DNA from: Wallemia ichthyophaga EXF-994
Lineage: Eukaryota > Fungi > Basidiomycota
Assembly: GCF_000400465.1 (NCBI RefSeq)
Contig: NW_008806303.1
Location: 8,564-40,563, forward strand
Length of the DNA stretch: 32,000 nt
Direction of reading: 5' to 3'
Shown here piece by piece: positions 23,763-32,000 of the stretch. A model generated the notes under the pieces. It searched no databases, was not told the DNA's origin, and worked only from the letters and a program-made list of their open reading frames with translations. The translations under genes and the position numbers were made by a program. Position 1 is the stretch's first letter, and each line of letters starts with the position of its first letter.

Positions 23763-24849
23763 ATGTCGGTAAATTCAGGGATACAGCCAACAGCAGCGCT
23801 AGCCAAAGAGTTTGAAGAGTCAAATAGATTCGAATCAACGGTGCGCTGTTTGAAAGTTGAGATTATCGATGAGCAGCTACGATCAACCCAGTGCACAGAT
23901 ATAAGTGGTGATGAGAATGAGGATTATAAGAACTTATACAAAGTACTATCAAACAATATACCCGCATTCCTATTATTCAAGCAGGATAATAAGAAGTTCA
24001 GAATTATACACTACGCGCCGGAATCTGCTTCAATTAAGCTCAAAATGATCTACTCGAGTTCACGCGCCAGCCTCGAAAAACAGCTTGGATCACAGTTTTT
24101 TATCAAAACTGACTTTATTGACGATATAAAACAATTCAGCGAAGATGCTGATGCTCCTACGCATCCTTTCAAGGTTATTCAAGAAGCTGATAAGCCTTAT
24201 TCGGAGAAGGAAAGGCAGTTGAATGAGATCGATGACCTCATAAAGTCGTCTGGTAGTCTATCCAAGGTTACTCAGTCTATCAAGTTCAATTGGAATGAGG
24301 ACGTCACTCAGGCACTAAACGAAATTGTAAACAATGAGCACAATTTTGTGCAGTGTGTGGGTCGTCAGCTTGATGAAGGCGGCTGCGATGAAATACTGAC
24401 GAAACTTTAAGGGTATTGATATGAAAACAGAGACTATTATCCTCGAATCCAAGAAGAATGTTGAGCTTGTGAATGTCAGAGACAATATATCCACAGACGA
24501 GCCAAGGTACACGCTATACAAAATGAAAGGCGGGGATTATAGTAAGCACCTTTGCTTATCTCACCACTAATCTGATACAACCTCAGTCTTCATTTACACG
24601 TGTCCACCCACTTCAAACATCAAGTCGAGGATGTTGTACAGTTCCTCTGCGACCAACTTCCCAAGCTCGATACAGAGTACCTTCACTATCGTTATCAAGA
24701 AGAAATTAGAAACGAATGATCCTGCCGAGTTATCAGATGTACATATCAACGCTGAGCTTAATCCGACGAAGGCCTCGACAATAACAGAAGAAATCAAATT
24801 CAGTAAGCCACGTGGCCCAGCGAACAGGAGAAGAGTTATTTACAACTAA
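23763..24849 (+). CDS. TWF1: Twinfilin (two ADF-H domains plus tail), 2 introns
   Basis: MSVNSGIQP..; YAPESASIKLKMIYSSSRASL; VFIYTCPPTSNIKSRMLYSSS; basic tail FSKPRGPANRRR. Confidence 0.93.
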
Positions 24850-24907
24850 AATTTATACATTTTTTGATTTCGGAGATCTTGTCCTAAAGCCCTGTGTAAA
24901 AACAATC

Positions 24908-27644
<2,737 letters not shown>

Positions 27645-27755
27645 GTTTTTAGAATATGTAAATGATTAAATGATTTGATAGATAGATTTTTTCTCTTTAT
27701 GGTCTATTTCGGACACTTTTAAGATAGCAATCTAATCTTGCGAGCTATCATCATA

Positions 27756-28451
27756 ATGAAATCGATATTGAAGAATACGCAAGCGGAGCAACAGCATAGG
27801 GATGACCACGGGCTGACGTGGGACGAAGAGAACATAGCCGTCACTGAAGCGCAAAAAGACTCAACGATGAAAGTGACTGAGCCGTGAGTAGCGAGGTTTG
27901 AGTGCAGGAATGTTAGTAACACGGCTGCCCGCAGCAAAACGCCATACGTTAAGTACAATGCAGAGAGTAAGTAGATTGGAAGAGCACAGGACAAACACTC
28001 GTCTTATACACTCACACTCACAGCCGATACGGTGGAGAACATCAACGATATCCCTGGACTTACACTCGACAGCCACCGCTCACCCTCATCGCCTCCTTCT
28101 ACCAGCCCCAGCTCGAGATCGGCGTCGTTCAGTTTACCCCCTGAGCATATCGACGACGTCAGGTCAGAGCTCAGGGGCCAGCAGAGGATAGTCAATACCG
28201 GCACAGAAGATGAGCACGAGTATGGTGATGAGACTGAGCAGGATGTAGAGAAACACAAAGATTTCGAGAAAAAGAGGGGAAAGCACTAGTGAGTTTGGTC
28301 GTTTTGTGTGGTGTTAAATCTGTGAAATCTGACTCAAATAACTAGCTCAAACGAGGCAGAAGCTATGCGTAAAGCCGCAGCACTTATCGCAAAGGAAGAT
28401 GACGACGATGACAACAATCCGGTTACTAACGGTACTTCAAATTCGCACTAG
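27756..28451 (+). CDS. GLC8: Protein phosphatase 1 inhibitor-2 family protein, 3 introns
   Basis: MKSILK, LTWDEENIA, MKVTEP/KTPY, FEKKRGKHY/SNEA motifs of IPP-2; TAG 28449-28451. Confidence 0.9.
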
Positions 28452-28851
28452 TTGTGTTGCGGTCTGATCACCACTTGCGCTTCAGCTAGCGCTCTTGATC
28501 TTTAATCTGCCTCGTTTAAACCCCCCGGCATTCTATAATTCTCCTCTTTCCCGCTATGTTTATAAATCTTATCCTGGTCATGAACGCTTTATCATTAACG
28601 GCAGCATATCTATTTACGCTTTGCTCTTTGAGTCCATTACTGCTCTTCTTTTCGCTTCTTGATCAGTCCAATTTGTATGTCCTCGAATTGGCAGAAAATT
28701 TGAGATCGCAGCATGACACACTTGGGAGCACATATTATGCATTCAAAAAGAGATAAATCAAATTTGATGTAAGTGCACGCGCATTTAAAGCTCTTAAAAA
28801 CTAGCCCAAGGCCAAAATTCATTAAAATTTAAAACTTTCATACAAGGTCAC

Positions 28852-28857
28852 TATATA
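28852..28857 (+). promoter_or_regulatory. TATA-like element ~30 bp upstream of the reconstructed pre-insertion tRNA start
   Basis: TATATA at -34..-29 relative to G28886 of the left AGGT; the uninterrupted tRNA copy has TATATAA at -30..-24. Confidence 0.4.
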
Positions 28858-28888
28858 GATTTACTTGAAATAGCTGATGCTATCAGGT

Positions 28889-29391
28889 TGTAAACGTCTT
28901 GATCTTTGTGAGGTGAAATTTTGCACAAAGGGCAAGGCGCTGAGATTATTAAGAGAATTAAGTCTGAAATGTATAAGAGTAAAAGTAATCGTTTAAATAG
29001 TTTAGATTTGGAGTCTTCTCCTTGTGGTCACTCAACCCATTGTCCTCCATGTTCCTGCTTTACGCCCGCCGTCCAACCTGATCGGGGAGATACACATCCT
29101 CATAAGGTCTGTAAGGATACGGCCCTCTACGCAAAGGACTAGGATCACCCCCAGGAACCTCGTCCAACTATAAATAGAACAGAGAACAATGAGAATAAAG
29201 AACAATGAAGATTATGCATGATTATGCACGAGAACAATGAAGATAACGAAACAATGGGAATAAAACCTAGAATTCTAAACTATTTACACAACTACTTTAA
29301 TATTGATACATCTTAGACTTCATTCTTTTATTAATCTCAGCGCCTTGCCCTTTGTGTGCAGTTCAACCTCACAAAGATCAAGACGTTTACA
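28889..29391. mobile_element. 503-bp non-coding element with TGT...ACA termini, 118-bp terminal inverted repeats and 4-bp TSD AGGT (MITE-like, Ginger-like ends; solo LTR not excluded)
   Basis: 28889-29006 aligns without gaps to the reverse complement of 29274-29391 (99/118 by manual count, first 26 bp identical); AGGT at 28885-28888 and 29392-29395. Confidence 0.85.
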
Positions 29392-29392
29392 A

Positions 29393-29473
29393 GGTCTCTT
29401 AACTCAGTTGGTTAGAGTGTGGAGCTAATACTAGAATACTCCAAAGTCGCAGGTTCGAGCCCTGCAGGGACCA
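29393..29473 (+). tRNA. tRNA-Ile(AAT) with 7-nt intron at 37/38 (29431-29437)
   Basis: Cloverleaf: GGTCTCT/AGGGACC acceptor, ACTC/GAGT D stem, TGGAG/CTCCA anticodon stem with CT-AAT-A, GCAGG-TTCGAGC-CCTGC T arm; TTTT at 29479-29482. Confidence 0.93.
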
Positions 29474-29593
29474 AAATATTTTGCTTCTTCACATTATGTT
29501 TTGAACGACAGTGTCCTGCTATTGTTTATATGTTCGTAGCACATTCACACAACGCTCGCAAATTAGCAAAAAAGCGTGAAATATTATGTACAG

Positions 29594-29666
29594 AGGCATT
29601 TAGGATTAAAAATTAAACCATCTGACGACGAATCAGACATCGGAGGTGAGAATCCTCTTGGGCCCA
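29594..29666 (+). pseudogene. Degenerate tRNA-Arg(ACG)
   Basis: 73-nt cloverleaf spacing; intact TCTGA/TCAGA anticodon stem around ACG and GGAGG/CCTCT T stem; broken acceptor pairs, D-loop GG replaced by AA, T loop TGAGAAT; TTTTT at 29673-29677. Confidence 0.7.
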
Positions 29667-30994
29667 CTTTCCTTTTTGTCCGAACAATCGTAATCCTCAT
29701 TGAATAACTACCCTGTTTTGACGCTACATGCATTCCAGATGCACTTATTCCTGAAAAAATTTCGTCAAGAAATTTTCGTTTGCTTAGCTGTGTCAGAGAT
29801 CAGCTTATTTCAAAAGCATGTTTGTAGATAAGCAAACAAAATGCAGTATATGAGATACAAAGGATTAAATTACAGTAGTGAGTAGAGATAGTATTCGAAT
29901 TTGTGTTGTATTCGGTTGTATTTGATTGTCTTCGTTGCATTCGAAAGTCAAACTAACCAGTCATTTTACTGTTCAACTGAGCCACAAATGTGGCTGAACC
30001 AATATTTGGCTCAGTTTCACACCAATATGTACCGCAGCGCGTTATTGTTTAACTGATGTCACAAACTTCTGATCCGATTTAAACTCTACTTCTACAGCTT
30101 TGAATTCTCGAAATGTACTGGCCCGAAGCCAAATCCCTCTATTCAGAAATGGGATCTCCTTAAATTTCTTTGTATAATTTACATTCAATAATTGTGTAAT
30201 GTTCCGGTATGAGATGTATTTGGAATGCTGAAGATGCTACAAGAATAATGCTTTTGCGAAGTTGCTCAATGCGCTTAACTTCTCACATACTGGGTCATTT
30301 GCAAGGTGAGCTAAGTACTATTGCTATTCATGGATTCCATATATACCACAATACATCTTAAAATCGTTCTGCCTTTTCAAAAACTCCTCCACAAGCCGTC
30401 ATTGAAGGATAAAAACTGTAGTTTTGCAGCTTTCAATATTTACTGAAGATAAATCGGTTAATTGTTACAATTTCATTCACTCGATTGAATAGAGGTGATC
30501 AACTCAGCTAGCAAAACATCAATAAGTTGAAAAAACCAAACACTGACATGACATACAATGTCTCACTGTGCAATTTTACCTATGTTGAGCTGGTCAACAC
30601 ACCAGCTTGAATACTGAATCATTAATTACATAAATGGTAACGTGAGCCTGATCAGTACACTATTCAACCCGATAAAATCAAAAAAAAATTGGTAAATTGC
30701 CGTTGATAAAACTGGTTATGTTTACGTGAACTCAAATTATGTTTGATTAATTGGTTGAGCGTCAAAGTTCTCCTCATTGCGAAGTAGTAACAGTAAAATC
30801 AAATGCATAGTTAAAGCGATACAAAGTAATAATTGCGCCCATTTATATTTCTTAGGTTGGTATTTTGTATTCCTGGGACACTCATTTGTATATACAGCGT
30901 TTTTTCGTTTGCTTCGTAAAGATTTATTAGAATTAAGTCTGTCTAGCTGGAGGCCGGGCAGATATTACAGGCTTCATTGAGAGTTCGTGAAATA

Positions 30995-31108
30995 TTTAGG
31001 GGTTGAGAATTCGTATAATGCTTGTATGTTCTGTAAGTTGCGTAGCATCGCTCCTAATTCGAACCTCATTCCGAGTACGATCACTTTTCTCCGTAATGTC
31101 GATCTTGC
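30995..31108 (-). pseudogene. Decayed coding remnant B of an unidentified family
   Basis: ARSTLRRKVIVLGMRFELGAMLRNLQNIQALYEFSTPK, flanked by in-frame stops; homologous to 31716-31830. Confidence 0.45.
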
Positions 31109-31715
31109 TTGCTCTCATATACTTCACAGATAAAAATCATGTGTGCTTTCGTATCATCCACCTTGCACAATGATGAATAATTTTCAACAAAATGACTTGA
31201 TTTTCATCGCGTGGTAGGTACATTGACTGGGTTTCAAATTACGTGATAAATCTTATCTGTCAAAAAGCGTCTGATACTGGCTCATTTGTCTGAACTGTGA
31301 GAACGATACATTTTTCGAAAATTTGCTTGAGTGATTAATTGATTTATATAGGTTTGATGGAGAAACATTTCTTATTTCCATGACTTTCGATAGTTCTTTT
31401 TGGATTTGCATTATTTGATAAAATTACAGGTAAATACAATTAAACATTTTTTTTTTTGTTGCTAACTACGAAAGGTACATAGTCTTCAGTGAAATTTTGT
31501 TTGGACAAATGATTGTGTATATGATGATGAAATCTGAATATATTGTTAGAACGATACATGTTTGAGACTGCGTTTTTCAATACTTCTTAAAGCATGAGGA
31601 GTCAAAGGGGGTGCTGAATTTACTGGAAGCGTTTCTTAACTAGCGTCGTAATTTGTAAATTGTTGTTGGTTCTCAATTACATTGAACCACCGGAGTATCT
31701 TTTGTACGTAGTTAA

Positions 31716-31830
31716 TTGCGGTTTGAAGAACTCGTAAAGGACTTGTAGAGAGTGCGTTTCTGAGTATTGGACCTAATTCGAACCGGATATTGATTTTGGT
31801 AATCTTTCTTCTTAATGTGATTCTGGCCAT
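31716..31830 (-). pseudogene. Decayed coding remnant A of an unidentified family (frameshifted relative to B)
   Basis: MARITLRRKITKINIRFELGPILRNA then, after a 2-nt indel, LQVLYEFFKPQ. Confidence 0.45.
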
Positions 31831-31952
31831 TATATGTTTTCTGCGTATGAAGATTCTATGCGAGATGGTATACTCTGTGACACATGCACTGCATTTAGGT
31901 GGAGGGTGTATTGTGTAGAATGTAAAATTTGAGAGTCAAAACGATGTAGGAT

Positions 31953-31959
31953 TATATAA
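31953..31959 (+). promoter_or_regulatory. TATA-like element upstream of second tRNA-Ile
   Basis: TATATAA at -30..-24 from the tRNA start at 31983. Confidence 0.45.
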
Positions 31960-31982
31960 GGTATAAGATTTCGATTCTCCAA

Positions 31983-32000
31983 GGTCTCTTAACTCAGTTG
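31983..32000 (+). tRNA. Second tRNA-Ile(AAT)-type gene, 5' end only (cut by window edge)
   Basis: GGTCTCTTAACTCAGTTG is identical to 29393-29410; anticodon not visible. Confidence 0.75.

Noticed and set aside
28556-28822. Short ORFs on both strands (66 and 61 aa)
   Set aside because: No recognisable motifs or splice support; consistent with chance ORFs.
28921-29142. 73-aa ORF inside the TIR element as transposase
   Set aside because: Too short, TTG start within the TIR, no DDE features.
30016-30420. Minus-strand frame with few stops as a possible decayed gene
   Set aside because: Stop count is not clearly below expectation by my rough estimate and I recognise no homology.
31053-31783. Two copies of CCTAATTCGAACC as B-boxes of minus-strand tRNA genes
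   Set aside because: No T stem or cloverleaf; better explained as the shared RFELG codons of the two coding remnants.

Overview
Eukaryotic (fungal) DNA from an extremely compact genome, with introns of about 45-60 nt and intergenic gaps of tens of bp. It looks basidiomycete and Wallemia-like, but that is inference only. Bases 1-28.45 kb are densely packed housekeeping genes: BRX1 (partial), ADK2/AK3, VPS1, a LAT-type amino-acid permease, NDUFV2, a hidden small membrane-protein gene, SAD1/USP39, SDH6, type II myosin, AP-1 mu, RPB7, DPH3, a UTP5-like gene, an alpha/beta hydrolase, twinfilin, ARG5,6 and PP1 inhibitor-2. A 4,895-bp apparently exact tandem duplication (10870-15764 = 15765-20659) creates a second, tail-truncated myosin II joined out of frame to a 5'-truncated AP-1 mu copy. 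The last ~3.5 kb has no intact protein gene I can recognise. It holds two tRNA-Ile(AAT) genes (the complete one has a 7-nt intron), a decayed tRNA-Arg(ACG), two decayed paralogous coding remnants, and a 503-bp TGT...ACA element. That element has 118-bp terminal inverted repeats and a 4-bp AGGT target-site duplication overlapping the first bases of a tRNA gene, making it a candidate tRNA-targeting Ginger-like non-autonomous transposon or an unusual solo LTR. All alignments and gene models were made by eye; no searches were run.
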